Shown: positions 1 through 10,028, counted from the stretch's first letter. The stretch: DNA of 64,000 nucleotides from Bacteroidota bacterium (GCA_039795225.1 JBDKEN010000001.1:85610-149609); one strand, 5' to 3'. Numbers and translations: made by a program. Notes: a model not told the origin generated them from the sequence alone.

Positions 1-2252
1 GAGGAACCATAGGTGCCCGTGCCAACTCCAGTGGAGACGAGTGTTGGATTGGGGTAGGTTCCTGTAAGATCACCTCCTGCTGCACCGCCAGGGGTGGTAC
101 CTGAGATGGTAATAGACGACAGCGCAACAACACGCCCATCACGATCCACTGTGATCACTGGTGTTGTGGTGGGCGACCCCAAGGGGCCGATTGGCGCTGG
201 CAGCAGATCACCGAGTTCATTGCCGTTGACGGTGTTTGCCCGCAGCTGTAAGTTCATCGAATCGAGGCTCCCTGTGACGGAGAGGTCTGATGCCGATACG
301 GTGCCGGGTGGTTCGATTTTCGATGCATCAATGACTGTGGTAGTAGTCGAATTGTTGATCGCATTGATGATCGTGTTGCCTGACGTTGAGACATTCAACG
401 TCGGATTCGGATACGTTCCGCTTAGGTCGCCCCCTGCCGCATCGCCGACCTTGATGGCATTGAGAGCAACGGATGTGAGCGACGTCACACGTCCATCGAC
501 ATCGACGCTGACAACAGGGATCTGCGTTATTCCTCCGACCGGACCCAATGCTGTTGTATGGAGGTTTGCCAGCTCGTTGCCGTTTACAACTCCAGTCTTG
601 ATTTGCAGGTTGAGCGAGTCGAGCTTTCCAGAAAGCGCAATGTCCGATGCTGGAATCGCAAGTGGCGGCTCGATACGAGAGCCGTCAATGAGCAACGAAT
701 CTTCGAGGTTGATCGACGTAATGATGTCGCCGCCAACAACGTCAAAATTGATCCGTGGATTGGGATAGTTACCCTTCAGGTCGCCACCAGCGGGATCTCC
801 TGGACGCATGGCGATGATAGGGATTGATGTTAACTCGCGCACCCGTCCGTCGGTATCGACGGTGATAACGGCAGAGGTGATCGCGTTACCTTGTGCCGTC
901 AGCGGAAGGCCAGGGACGTCCTGCAACTCATCAGTGCCAATAGTCGAAGGTTTGATTTGCAGGTTGAGACTATCAATTGCCCCGGACGAGAGGATATCGG
1001 AACCACTCAGTGTGCTTGGTCGGACTTGCCGATTCTGCACGAACGATACACGTCCCTTTGCATCGATTGTCAGCTGTGGTACATGGGTTGCGCTACCGTA
1101 GGTCCCAGCGGCCACCCCTGTGGCGCGGAGCTCCGGATTTGGATAGAGGCCAACGAGGTCGCCCCCTGCGGGTCCAAACGGCTGATTGTTGTCGATCGGT
1201 ACAGACTGTATGGCGGTGATTCGACCCGATCGATCGACGTTCAGAACCGGAACAGACGTTCCAGATCCATACGTGCCCGGCGTCAGCAGCATCGGAGACA
1301 TCTTCTCCGATGTGATCGCGAAATCAGCAACCTTCTGTGTGGAAACTGCGCCGTCCTGAATTTTCAACGAGGTCACGGCGCCATCTTGAATTTTCTGTGA
1401 TGTCACAGCGCCGTTGGCCATTCGCGAGGTCGTAACGGCTTCGGGTGCGATCTTCTCCGTAGTCACGGCACCCTCTCGGATGAGAGGGTTGGGATACGTA
1501 CCAACGAGATCACCTCCGGCAGCATCGCCACGACGCATGACGTCTGAGATATCTCCTGTGATCAGCTTGGGCTTCCATGATGACGAACCGCCATCCCACA
1601 CCAAGGCCTCACCGGGCTGCGCGCCGGCGCGCGCGATCAACGATGGGTCCACAGACTTGATCGCAAGATCAAGGTCGTGTTCATTCGTCAAGCGCACTTG
1701 AATCGAACCATCGAGTGATGTGATGCGCTGCACTGCCTTTGGCGTACTTATCGTAAACTTCTTTCCTGTTTGAATAATCGTTGTAGCACCCTCTCCCTCG
1801 AGAATCAGGTCGCCATCCACCCCATTGACGCTGCGAACGAATCCAGTTGCGCTCGATGAAAGGCTGTCGGCAACTCGTGCCCGTTCGGCAAAGAGCGCGT
1901 AGGGTACGGCTGTCAGTCGTGTTCTGGGTGTCATTTCACCTTCATCTGCGATTTCCACAGCCAGCCAGTACTGTTGGTCGAACGTGAGTGTAAGGGGCAC
2001 ACTGCGCCCCATCACTGCGTCAAAGACACCATTGACAGTGGTAATGGTATGTGTCTCCTCCCAAAGAGGTGCGCCCCCTATCGACTCGTTATACAGTCGG
2101 ATGGTCACTTCGTAGGGTCCATTCGGAACTGCATCACCACTGGGGGTGGTAAGAACGCCCTGATACGTAAACATTCGAGGGATGCTGGTCTGCGCCGGTG
2201 CCACGATAGCAAGGACCAACAGACAGCCAAGCACAAGGGCAAGACGTCGCAT
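1..2252 (-). CDS. Secreted tail-fibre-like repeat protein (N-terminal >750 aa; 3' end runs off the left edge of the window)
   Basis: Absent from the ORF track because no stop lies in the window. The reverse complement from ATG at 2252-2250 reads [49 protein letters not shown] (signal peptide). I saw no in-frame stop in the stretches I checked: nt 3-104, the five motif sites, and 2101-2252. There are at least 5 copies of a ~120-aa module, each with GD(A/P)AGGDLxGxYPNP (near nt 75, 430, 790, 1155, 1520) followed by ..VP..TVD..GRV.. Short GAVTxxKIxD repeats lie near 1290-1470. The + strand ORFs at 94-1701 are mirror frames of this gene. Confidence 0.8.
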   Translation of the reverse strand, partial: MRRLALVLGCLLVLAIVAPAQTSIPRMFTYQGVLTTPSGDAVPNGPYEVTIRLYNESIGGAPLWEETHTITTVNGVFDAVMGRSVPLTLTFDQQYWLAVEIADEGEMTPRTRLTAVPYALFAERARVADSLSSSATGFVRSVNGVDGDLILEGEGATTIIQTGKKFTISTPKAVQRITSLDGSIQVRLTNEHDLDLAIKSVDPSLIARAGAQPGEALVWDGGSSSWKPKLITGDISDVMRRGDAAGGDLVGTYPNPLIREGAVTTEKIAPEAVTTSRMANGAVTSQKIQDGAVTSLKIQDGAVSTQKVADFAITSEKMSPMLLTPGTYGSGTSVPVLNVDRSGRITAIQSVPIDNNQPFGPAGGDLVGLYPNPELRATGVAAGTYGSATHVPQLTIDAKGRVSFVQNRQVRPSTLSGSDILSSGAIDSLNLQIKPSTIGTDELQDVPGLPLTAQGNAITSAVITVDTDGRVRELTSIPIIAMRPGDPAGGDLKGNYPNPRINFDVVGGDIITSINLEDSLLIDGSRIEPPLAIPASDIALSGKLDSLNLQIKTGVVNGNELANLHTTALGPVGGITQIPVVSVDVDGRVTSLTSVALNAIKVGDAAGGDLSGTYPNPTLNVSTSGNTIINAINNSTTTTVIDASKIEPPGTVSASDLSVTGSLDSMNLQLRANTVNGNELGDLLPAPIGPLGSPTTTPVITVDRDGRVVALSSITISGTTPGGAAGGDLTGTYPNPTLVSTGVGTGTYGS

Positions 2253-2420
2253 AGTGAACTCCGAGAAGGTGTGTAAAACGAACTGCTCGAAACTCTTGGA
2301 TACGCGTTCGGGAAATCATGACAGGTGTCATGGGATGACTTCGGCATCACCAACACGAATTCACGTTTTGGTCACTATCTTCGTGGTACTACTGCATACG
2401 AAGATTTCTAGAGGATTACC

Positions 2421-2726
2421 ATGTCACACGACGCATCACACGGACACGATCACGTCCACGAACCAGATCATGCTGAGGATACCGTTGCTACGCGCCTGAT
2501 GGGTATTGCCATTGGTATCCTGACCATCTTCGTCTGCATTTCGCTTCAGCGTGCCATGGGATGGCACGAAGTTGTCGCTGGCATCCTGACGGGAACGTTT
2601 GGTATGTTTTTCGGAGCTCTTGGCACAAGTATCCGTCGCCCTTCAGGCGCCGCAATCCTTGGCTGGGCCGGTGGTATTGCCTTCTTCACGAGCATCCTGA
2701 TGTTCTTCGGGCTGCGAATCTTCTAA
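2421..2726 (+). CDS. Small membrane protein with His-rich N-terminus (hypothetical)
   Basis: 101-aa ORF. The N-terminus is MSHDASHGHDHVHEPDHAED (6 His in the first 17 residues), followed by about three hydrophobic helices. No family recognised. Confidence 0.55.
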   Translation: MSHDASHGHDHVHEPDHAEDTVATRLMGIAIGILTIFVCISLQRAMGWHEVVAGILTGTFGMFFGALGTSIRRPSGAAILGWAGGIAFFTSILMFFGLRIF

Positions 2727-2727
2727 G

Positions 2728-3285
2728 TTGACGTCGGTTACCGACGCAATGGTTCGCACCTCATGGCTCCGTTCGCTTCTACGACCACGTCTGGTCGTGA
2801 TCGGACTCGCCCTTGCAAGCATGATGTCGTGCGTGAACCCCTTTGCCCCTTCCCTTGATCGCTCAGGGGGCGACGATGTCTTGGGTGATCAACGGACCAT
2901 AGAGGGTCTGTTTCAGAATTTTCGCTATGCGTATCTATTCCGCGATACGCTCACCTACGGGCGATTGCTGGCACGGAACTTCACGTTCGTGTATCGCAAC
3001 TATGATCAGGGCATCGACGTTACGTGGGGCCGTGATGAAGACATGCTCGCCACCCACGGTCTTTTTACCGCCGCACAACAGCTTGATCTGGTGTGGAATG
3101 ACGTTATCATCGCTGATGGTGATAGCCTCAGCCAGAACATCTCCCGCGGCTTTAATCTGACCATCACCTTTAATCCTGCTGACATCCTCCGCGCACAAGG
3201 CCGCGTCAACCTCCTCGTTGAGCGCCCCTCTGCCACAGAACCCTGGAAGATCGTCCGCTGGCGCGACGAATCGAACTACTTCTAG
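2728..3285 (+). CDS. Hypothetical lipoprotein
   Basis: 185-aa ORF starting 1 nt after the upstream stop (TTG start in the track; a downstream Met is also possible). It has a lipobox-like LALASMMSC signal. No family recognised. Its TAG stop is immediately followed by the heptamer array. Confidence 0.55.
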   Translation: MTSVTDAMVRTSWLRSLLRPRLVVIGLALASMMSCVNPFAPSLDRSGGDDVLGDQRTIEGLFQNFRYAYLFRDTLTYGRLLARNFTFVYRNYDQGIDVTWGRDEDMLATHGLFTAAQQLDLVWNDVIIADGDSLSQNISRGFNLTITFNPADILRAQGRVNLLVERPSATEPWKIVRWRDESNYF

Positions 3286-3341
3286 GTACTGGGTACTGGG
3301 TACTGGGTACTGGGTACTGGGTACTGGGTACTGGGTACTGG
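3286..3341. repeat. Perfect tandem heptamer array (GTACTGG)x8
   Basis: Read directly: unit starts at 3286, 3293, 3300, 3307, 3314, 3321, 3328 and 3335. The first unit begins at the nucleotide after the TAG stop of the 2728-3285 gene. A 7-nt period is incompatible with coding. Confidence 0.95.
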
Positions 3342-3434
3342 GTGTAAAGCAGCTCTCCACAGGTCGAAGTCGATTCGGGTATCCTCAATCGCACGCAGCC
3401 ATCTTTGGTGAGCCACCTCATGCACCAGTCCTTC

Positions 3435-3567
3435 GTACTTAGTACTTAGTAATCAGTAATCAGTACTTGGTAATTAGTCCTTGGTCATTGGTACTTGTTC
3501 CCCAGTACCTAGTACCCAGTACCCAGTACCCAGTACCTAGTACCCAGTACCCAGTACCCAGTACCTA
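3435..3567. repeat. 19 consecutive in-phase degenerate heptamers; the last 9 units (3505-3567) are the inverted complement of the 3286-3341 array
   Basis: Units read in register: GTACTTA x2, GTAATCA x2, GTACTTG, GTAATTA, GTCCTTG, GTCATTG, GTACTTG, TTCCCCA, then GTACCTA, GTACCCA x3, GTACCTA, GTACCCA x3, GTACCTA. The reverse complement of GTACCCA is TGGGTAC, which is the left array read in a rotated register. Confidence 0.9.
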
Positions 3568-3576
3568 AAACCTGCG

Positions 3577-3584
3577 TAACTTTG
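3577..3584 (+). promoter_or_regulatory. Candidate Bacteroidota-type -7 promoter box TAACTTTG upstream of typA
   Basis: Perfect match to TAnnTTTG, 30 nt before the typA ATG and 9 nt after the heptamer array. No clear -33 TTTG was seen. Confidence 0.35.
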
Positions 3585-3614
3585 TAGCTATCCCAAATTC
3601 GAGAAACCCGTCTC

Positions 3615-5453
3615 ATGGCTTTACAGCAGCGCACAGATTACCGAAACATTGCCATCATCGCACACGTTGACCACGGCAAGACAACGTTGGTTGACCACAT
3701 GTTGAAACAGGGCGGGATGTTTCGCGAGAATCAGGTAGTAGCAGACCGGGTGATGGATTCGAACGACCTCGAGAGGGAACGTGGTATCACGATCATGGCG
3801 AAAAATGCCGCCGTTCGTTGGAAGGATATCAAGATCAACATCGTCGACACACCGGGTCACTCCGACTTTGGTGGTGAAGTGGAGCGCGTTCTCTCGATGG
3901 TTGACGGCGTTCTTCTGTTGGTAGATGCTGCAGAGGGACCTCTTCCGCAGACGCGGTTTGTCCTTCGCAAAGCACTTGATATGGGGCTAAAGCCGATTGT
4001 CGTCATCAACAAGATTGACCGTGGCGATGCTCGGCCGCAGGAAGTTTTCGATGAAGTCATGGAGCTCTTCATCAACCTTGGCGCATCGTATGATCAACTC
4101 GATTTCCCGGTGATTTATGCCATTGGGAAGCTTGGCCTAGCGAAGCGGAGTTTGACCGACGAAGCGGATAATCTTGAAGCTCTCTTTGAGGCGATTGTTG
4201 AACACATACCTCCTCCAACGGTTGATGTGGACGTTCCGTTTGCGATGGTAATCTCCGCATTGGACTGGTCGGACTATGTTGGACGAATTGCCATTGGCCG
4301 AATCATCGAGGGGGCTGTCAGCGTTGGTGACAACGTGAATCTGATTAAACCGGATGGTACGCGTGAGTCGTCGCGGATCACCAAGATGTACGTGCATGAA
4401 GGCATCACCCGTGCGGAAACGACCACGGCTGCAGCCGGCGAGGTCATCGCGCTTTCGGGCTTTGAGAATGTATATATCGGCGAGACGATCGCCGACAGCA
4501 CACGTACCGAACCGTTGTCGTACGTCAACATCGAAGAACCAACGATTGCCATGTATTTCATGGTGAACACTTCGCCCCTTGCCGGACGCGAAGGAAAGTT
4601 TGTGACGACGCCGAAGATTCGCGAGCGTCTTTACAAGGAGCTTCGCAACAACGTGTCTCTTCGGGTTGAAGACACCGACTCACCTGACGTTTTCAAGGTT
4701 TCTGGACGGGGTGAGTTGCAGTTGGCAATTCTCATCGAGACAATGCGTCGTGAGGGATATGAATTTGCTGCCTCACGTCCGGAGGTACTCTTCCGGCGTG
4801 ATGCTGACGGCAAGATGTTGGAACCTATTGAGCATGTTACCGTGGATGTTCCACAAGACCACGTAGGAACGGTGATCGAAAGTCTTGGTCGACGCAAAGG
4901 TGAAATGACCGCGATGAACCCTGGCAACGACAGTGTTCGTTGTGAGTTTCTCGTACCTGCTCGCGGACTCATCGGATTCCGTACTGAGTTCCTCACGTCG
5001 ACGCGTGGTCAGGGGATCATTCACCACACATTTGATTCATACCAGCCCTACAAAGGCGCTATTGCTGGGCGTCTACGCGGTGCCTTGGTATCGATGGAGA
5101 CGGGACAATCAACGGCCTATGCACTGGAAATGGTGCAGGAGCGTGGGGTACTGTTTATCGAGCCAGGACAGCCAGTCTACGAAGGCATGATCATCGGCGA
5201 GAATGCCCGTGAAGAGGATCTCAGCGTTAACGCCTGTCGCATGAAGCACCTGACGAATATGCGTTCAAGTGGATCGGATGGTCTCGTGCGTCTCGAGGCT
5301 CCGCGTCAGTTATCACTTGAGCAATGCATTGAGTTTCTCGAAGACGACGAGTTGCTGGAATGTACTCCGGTATCGGTTCGTCTTCGAAAGAAGATCCTCG
5401 ATACCACCATGCGTCAGCGTGCCAAGAAGCGAGAGGCAGCCTCACTCGAATAG
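3615..5453 (+). CDS. typA: Translational GTPase TypA/BipA
   Basis: 612 aa with G motifs AHVDHGKTTL, DTPGH and NKID. Full-length TypA/BipA-like layout. Confidence 0.97.
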   Translation: MALQQRTDYRNIAIIAHVDHGKTTLVDHMLKQGGMFRENQVVADRVMDSNDLERERGITIMAKNAAVRWKDIKINIVDTPGHSDFGGEVERVLSMVDGVLLLVDAAEGPLPQTRFVLRKALDMGLKPIVVINKIDRGDARPQEVFDEVMELFINLGASYDQLDFPVIYAIGKLGLAKRSLTDEADNLEALFEAIVEHIPPPTVDVDVPFAMVISALDWSDYVGRIAIGRIIEGAVSVGDNVNLIKPDGTRESSRITKMYVHEGITRAETTTAAAGEVIALSGFENVYIGETIADSTRTEPLSYVNIEEPTIAMYFMVNTSPLAGREGKFVTTPKIRERLYKELRNNVSLRVEDTDSPDVFKVSGRGELQLAILIETMRREGYEFAASRPEVLFRRDADGKMLEPIEHVTVDVPQDHVGTVIESLGRRKGEMTAMNPGNDSVRCEFLVPARGLIGFRTEFLTSTRGQGIIHHTFDSYQPYKGAIAGRLRGALVSMETGQSTAYALEMVQERGVLFIEPGQPVYEGMIIGENAREEDLSVNACRMKHLTNMRSSGSDGLVRLEAPRQLSLEQCIEFLEDDELLECTPVSVRLRKKILDTTMRQRAKKREAASLE

Positions 5454-5457
5454 GTTC

Positions 5458-6339
5458 ATGCAGAGCATCATCCCCATCCTTGCGTTGATCGCGTGTGCAA
5501 GCCCCCTGCTTGCACTGCAACCAGCTATCCAGGATGACGATGTCCTCATGCGGCTTTCGCTCAAACCCAACGCTACGTATCGGTACGCGATCAATTCGAT
5601 CCTTGAGCAGGACGTTGAAGCCACAGGCGGACCTTCAACGAGTGCCATTACAACAGACCTTGATCTCACGCTCTCCGTGACCGACGTCACACTTGGTCGG
5701 AGTACGCTGAAGTTTGTATCGGAACAGGGTGGCGTGCGAACGCGAACGCTCACCGACGTTCGGGCCCCTTTGATGGATTCGACAGCGCGCCTGAACAACG
5801 GCAAGGGGCTTTCCATTGTTGTCACGTGCGACCCAACGGGACGTGTACTGGCAATTGAGCGTTCCTCCGACGAGGATCACCTTGCCTTACTCAACAGCAT
5901 GCGCGTTTTTGATCGCGTCGTACTGCAGTTCCCCAAGGAGCGCGTGCGCCCGGGCGATCGTTGGGTCTCAGAAATGATCGACACAATGCCCGCTCCGGAG
6001 GGACAGGGCAGCATTATCACCTCGATCGAAATGCAGGAGACATTTACTGCTGTCGTCGACTCATTAGGTATCCCATGTTGGCTCATCGAGGGCGAGTCAT
6101 CCTCGATGAAGATCCACGGTGGAATTGCTGTTTCCGGTATGAACATCGACGTCTGGGGTAACGGGAGGATGCGCACGCGCGCCATGGTCGATTCACGAAC
6201 TGGCCTGCCTATGCGCAGTGAGCTGCAACTGGAAAACTCGATGACGCTGCGCGCTGCCGGTACGAATGATGACCTGGCAGTCCCGAGCAACGCCCGGATG
6301 CGCGTCGTGATCTCTCAGCGCCCAAGGAAGCAAGAATGA
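5458..6339 (+). CDS. Hypothetical secreted protein
   Basis: The in-frame ATG at 5458 gives an MQSIIPILALIACASPLLALQ signal peptide, 4 nt after the typA stop. The longer track start at 5269 overlaps typA and is rejected. No family recognised. Confidence 0.6.
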   Translation: MQSIIPILALIACASPLLALQPAIQDDDVLMRLSLKPNATYRYAINSILEQDVEATGGPSTSAITTDLDLTLSVTDVTLGRSTLKFVSEQGGVRTRTLTDVRAPLMDSTARLNNGKGLSIVVTCDPTGRVLAIERSSDEDHLALLNSMRVFDRVVLQFPKERVRPGDRWVSEMIDTMPAPEGQGSIITSIEMQETFTAVVDSLGIPCWLIEGESSSMKIHGGIAVSGMNIDVWGNGRMRTRAMVDSRTGLPMRSELQLENSMTLRAAGTNDDLAVPSNARMRVVISQRPRKQE

Positions 6340-7289
6340 GACATTGCCTCATACTGACGATGCTAGGGATCGTGTGGGCCTCGACATCGATTCTTGCGCA
6401 GATGCAGATTCGACCGGGTGGTAAGCCCATTATCCTCGGGGCTGATACGATTTGTTTTCGCTATCGTTTTTCCCCTGCCGACACTCTGTACTACCGCATA
6501 GAATCTCGCGACAGCATTGCTATCCCGGGATTTGATCCGGTCGAAAAGCAGCGCACCGAGGGCCTTCGTATCGTCTGCGACTCTGTGCGGGACGACATCG
6601 CCTTCCTCTCCATGCAGATCGAGGCCTATTCCGAACGTCAGCTCAGCGGCAATGATTCTTCAGCCCGCACGAGACATCCATGGATGCTGCGTACGATGCG
6701 ACTCGCCATCGACAGTCTCGGTCGCCGGGTAACGTCATCCGTTGACGGAGATCAGCGGGCAATCGCTTCTCCAGGTGGAATGTTCCAGGCCCTGCGCCTT
6801 CCGATTATCGATTCGACGTGCCGACGTCAGAATCAAAGTTGGATATCGGCCGACACGATCATGGTTGCTGAAAACGGCATCCCTGCTCCTGAGGTTCGCC
6901 AGCAAGCTCTGTGGCGGATGGGTGACATGCTTGATACGCTTGGCCGGGCTGCGGCATGGATGCAGTATACGCTCACGGGATTTGCCGGTGTCGACATACC
7001 AGACGCCAAGCTGAATGTGACCACAGTTGGAGCAATCGCCGAATATGGTCGCATCGTTGTTGATACTGAGCTCGGTGTTCCCCTTTCGTCGGGCATCTGG
7101 CAGGAAGTGCGATTCAAGATCCAGTCGGGGCAGACTCGGAACACTGCAGGCAGGCATCTTGTTGTGTCAACGATGAGTTTGATCGATGTGCGTTCACCGC
7201 GGTCAGAACGGCGCTGGCGGAATCCACTGACGGTCACTCAACAGCCGACGCAGACGCGTGCGAAGGGGATGCCGCGTAAGCGACGGTGA
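6336..7289 (+). CDS. Hypothetical secreted protein with a basic C-terminal tail
   Basis: 317 aa with signal peptide MRHCLILTMLGIVWASTSILAQ. It overlaps the upstream gene by 4 nt. Size and composition resemble the preceding protein. The C-terminus is rich in R/K/Q/T. Confidence 0.6.
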   Translation: MRHCLILTMLGIVWASTSILAQMQIRPGGKPIILGADTICFRYRFSPADTLYYRIESRDSIAIPGFDPVEKQRTEGLRIVCDSVRDDIAFLSMQIEAYSERQLSGNDSSARTRHPWMLRTMRLAIDSLGRRVTSSVDGDQRAIASPGGMFQALRLPIIDSTCRRQNQSWISADTIMVAENGIPAPEVRQQALWRMGDMLDTLGRAAAWMQYTLTGFAGVDIPDAKLNVTTVGAIAEYGRIVVDTELGVPLSSGIWQEVRFKIQSGQTRNTAGRHLVVSTMSLIDVRSPRSERRWRNPLTVTQQPTQTRAKGMPRKRR

Positions 7290-7377
7290 TCTGCACAATG
7301 AAACCTCCGACGAAATCGCATTGTCATAGGTTCGTTGGTGTGCAATTCGTGATGTCATGTGAAAGGGGCGTTCTGGA

Positions 7378-8736
7378 ATGAATGGTACGATATTTCTACG
7401 GTGTATTCTCGCGCTCACGCTTGGAGTGGTCGTGCCCAGCATGGCGCAAGAGCGGCTGACAGGACGTCGGCTAACGCTCGAAGAGTGCATCGCAATTGGC
7501 CTTGAGCGGAGTATCGATGTGCGCCGCTCTCAGGCTACAGCCAATGAAGCCTCTTCGCGACTGACAGCAGCGTTTGGTGCATACCTGCCGTCGATCGATC
7601 TCAATGCGAACTACAATCGACAGCTGACAAATCTTCGCACGCAGTTTTCGATCGTCAATGGTGTACCGATTGTTGGACAGCCCCTTCCCAACACGTACGG
7701 GCTAAACAGCCAGGCGAACCTGACGCTGTTTAATGGATTTCAACGGGAAGCTGATTTTGACGCGGCGAAGGCGAACATGAGTGCGGCCGCGGGTGACATC
7801 AGGTTTAGTCGGATGGCAACACGGTTTACAATCACACGACAGTACATCGAGCTACTGCGACGAATTCAGGTGCTTAATGCTCGTCGCGAGAGTCGAGCGC
7901 TAGCTGTTGCAACACTTGAACGGGTCCGGGCACTCTTTGATGCTGGTGCCGGCAGAGTGCAGGATGTGTCATCGCAACAGACTGAACTCGGCAACATCGA
8001 TGTGGCGCTTGTCCAAGCCGAAAACGACGTCATTGCAGCACGTGCACAGCTGCTGACGGCGATGAATATGGATGCAATGCAGGAGATTGATATCGACGAT
8101 CAGTCAATACGACAGGACGTGTCGTCAGCTCAGGTTCAGGGATTTCGTGATCGCTTTGGATCAGAATCAGAGCAGGCAGACCGTGCGCTGACTCGGCGCG
8201 CTGACCTGCTCGCTGCGCAGGATCGCTCGCGGGCAGCTGCCGAGGGAATCACCGGAGCACGATCCGGCTATTACCCAACGATCACGGCAACAAGCGGCTA
8301 CGCGTGGCGCAACTTTACGATTGCAGACTTCGATCGACAGGGTCAAGTGTTTGCCGGACTCTTCATTCAAGTTCCCATCTTTGACCGCTTTGTTACCCAA
8401 GCGCGCATTGCACAGGCGGAATTGAATCACACGCAGAATGAGCTTGAAGCGGAACGGGTTCGCAATCAGATCCGTAGCGATTTGCGCAATGCCTTTGCAC
8501 AGCTCGAACTAGCTGAACGAAGCCTCGAGATTTCGGGTCGTGCAGTTGAGTTTGCAACCACGAATGCGAATGCTGCACGTGAGCGCTTCGCTGCAGGTGC
8601 AGCCACGCTCATCGAACTTCAAAACTCCAACAACCAACTCATTACGGCGCAGATCAACCGCGTCACCGCAGTCTATGCCTATCATTCAGCGGTCGCTTCC
8701 GTTGAATTCGCAACAGGCATCTCGGAAGGAAAGTAA
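7378..8736 (+). CDS. TolC-family outer membrane efflux protein
   Basis: 452 aa with a signal peptide and long helical-repeat composition typical of TolC/OprM-type channels. It heads the adaptor-ABC-permease genes. Confidence 0.85.
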   Translation: MNGTIFLRCILALTLGVVVPSMAQERLTGRRLTLEECIAIGLERSIDVRRSQATANEASSRLTAAFGAYLPSIDLNANYNRQLTNLRTQFSIVNGVPIVGQPLPNTYGLNSQANLTLFNGFQREADFDAAKANMSAAAGDIRFSRMATRFTITRQYIELLRRIQVLNARRESRALAVATLERVRALFDAGAGRVQDVSSQQTELGNIDVALVQAENDVIAARAQLLTAMNMDAMQEIDIDDQSIRQDVSSAQVQGFRDRFGSESEQADRALTRRADLLAAQDRSRAAAEGITGARSGYYPTITATSGYAWRNFTIADFDRQGQVFAGLFIQVPIFDRFVTQARIAQAELNHTQNELEAERVRNQIRSDLRNAFAQLELAERSLEISGRAVEFATTNANAARERFAAGAATLIELQNSNNQLITAQINRVTAVYAYHSAVASVEFATGISEGK

Positions 8737-8738
8737 CC

Positions 8739-10028
8739 ATGGCTAAGAAGTCACGTAAACGTATCGTTATCGTCATCATCATCATGCTTCTTGCGATGAT
8801 TGGTACCGCAGTGTGGATGGTCTCCAATCGCACTGAAGCACCATTGCTCGTGAGTGTTGAACCGGTTGTCACCCGGACGATCACGCAAAGCGTCAGTGCC
8901 ATCGGCAAGCTTCAGCCTGAAGTGATGGTAAAGATCTCATCTGAGGCAAGTGGTGAGATCATCTACCTTGGAGTGCGTGACGGCGATACGGTGCGCATCG
9001 GACAGGAGCTCGTCCGCATTCGCCCCGACATGATGCAGTCTATGCTTGCGCAGACCCGGGCTGCCGCCGAAGCTTCGCGCATGGCAATTACGGTAGCCAA
9101 GGCTGACTATGACCGAACCGAGGCAGACCTGCGTCGGGCAACAGAGCTGTACAAGAAGCAGTTTGCCTCGCGTGAAGATTTCGACCGAGCAAGTGCAGCC
9201 TTCCAGTCTGCCTCAGGACGGTTGGCGCAGGCACAAGCAGACTATGAGCGGGCCAAGGGGGCTCTGCGCGAAACCCAGGTCAATGTCAATCGGACAACAA
9301 TCGCCGCTCCAATGTCAGGCGTAGTCACCTACCTCGGCGTCGAGAATGGCGAAAAGGTTGTTGGAACGGCCCAAATGCAGGGTACGGAGATCATGCGCAT
9401 TGCCGATCTCTCAACGATGAACGCGTGGGTTCAGGTCGATGAAAACGATGTTGCTCAGATAAGTGTCGGCGATACAGCTCGCATTCGCGTCGACGCTCTT
9501 CCAAACGTCGAGCTTCGCGGCATTGTCTATGAAATCTCGCACTCCCCGATCGTCTCCGGTCAGGGAACGCAGGAGGAAGTTGTGAACTTCCAGGTCCGTA
9601 TTCGCATCATTGATCCTGAGGGGCGAATGCGGCCAGGAATGTCATGTGCAGTGGACATCGAGACGGACACAAAGATGAATGCCATGGCTGTACCGATTCA
9701 ATCAGTGACGATCATGCAGGACGATGCGCTACCGACCCAGGAAGTCGACTATCGGAAGACCGATCGGAAGTCATCAGGTTCAAAGTCGAAGCGCCCGCAA
9801 AGCATTGTTTGGGTGACGAATGGGTCGACGGTTACTGCACGATCAGTAACCACGGGCATCAGCGATGAAGGATACATCGAGATAGCAAGTGGACTCCGCG
9901 CCGGAGAAAAGGTTGTCAGCAGTCCCTACGAGGCAATCAGCAAGCTGTTGAAGCCTGGCTCGAAGGTTACCATTGAAGACCCCGAACAGCGACGTGAGCG
10001 GTATCGCTCGATGAGGCAGGCGCAATGA
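8739..10028 (+). CDS. HlyD/MacA-type periplasmic adaptor subunit
   Basis: 429 aa with an N-terminal membrane anchor, a coiled-coil hairpin segment and barrel-sandwich-like motifs. Starts 2 nt after the TolC-like stop. Confidence 0.9.
   Translation: MAKKSRKRIVIVIIIMLLAMIGTAVWMVSNRTEAPLLVSVEPVVTRTITQSVSAIGKLQPEVMVKISSEASGEIIYLGVRDGDTVRIGQELVRIRPDMMQSMLAQTRAAAEASRMAITVAKADYDRTEADLRRATELYKKQFASREDFDRASAAFQSASGRLAQAQADYERAKGALRETQVNVNRTTIAAPMSGVVTYLGVENGEKVVGTAQMQGTEIMRIADLSTMNAWVQVDENDVAQISVGDTARIRVDALPNVELRGIVYEISHSPIVSGQGTQEEVVNFQVRIRIIDPEGRMRPGMSCAVDIETDTKMNAMAVPIQSVTIMQDDALPTQEVDYRKTDRKSSGSKSKRPQSIVWVTNGSTVTARSVTTGISDEGYIEIASGLRAGEKVVSSPYEAISKLLKPGSKVTIEDPEQRRERYRSMRQAQ

Noticed and set aside
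94-1701. Series of overlapping + strand ORFs (224, 169, 97, 95 aa and others) with low-complexity, repetitive translations
   Set aside because: They are mirror or alternative frames of the long minus-strand fibre-like gene (1-2252). That gene has a signal peptide, a coherent repeat architecture and an open frame. None of the + strand ORFs has recognisable motifs.
3342-3434. Unique 93-nt core between the heptamer arms as a small RNA (for example SRP-like, because of CAGGTC ... GCAGCCA)
   Set aside because: Only two short coincidental matches with the wrong spacing. I could not build a convincing conserved structure or find a promoter or terminator. Left as unexplained spacer.
2935-3442. ORFs containing PSTQYPVPSTQYPV / YWVLGTGYWVLGTG peptide repeats
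   Set aside because: The repeats are simply translations of the (GTACTGG)n heptamer array. The ORFs overlap the well-formed lipoprotein gene or span non-coding sequence.
3286-3567. Possible CRISPR array (regular short repeats); the same question applies to 16794-16828, 25281-25336 and 26034-26117
   Set aside because: The units are 7 nt and directly abutting, with no spacers, and no cas genes are present. These are tandem microsatellite-like arrays.
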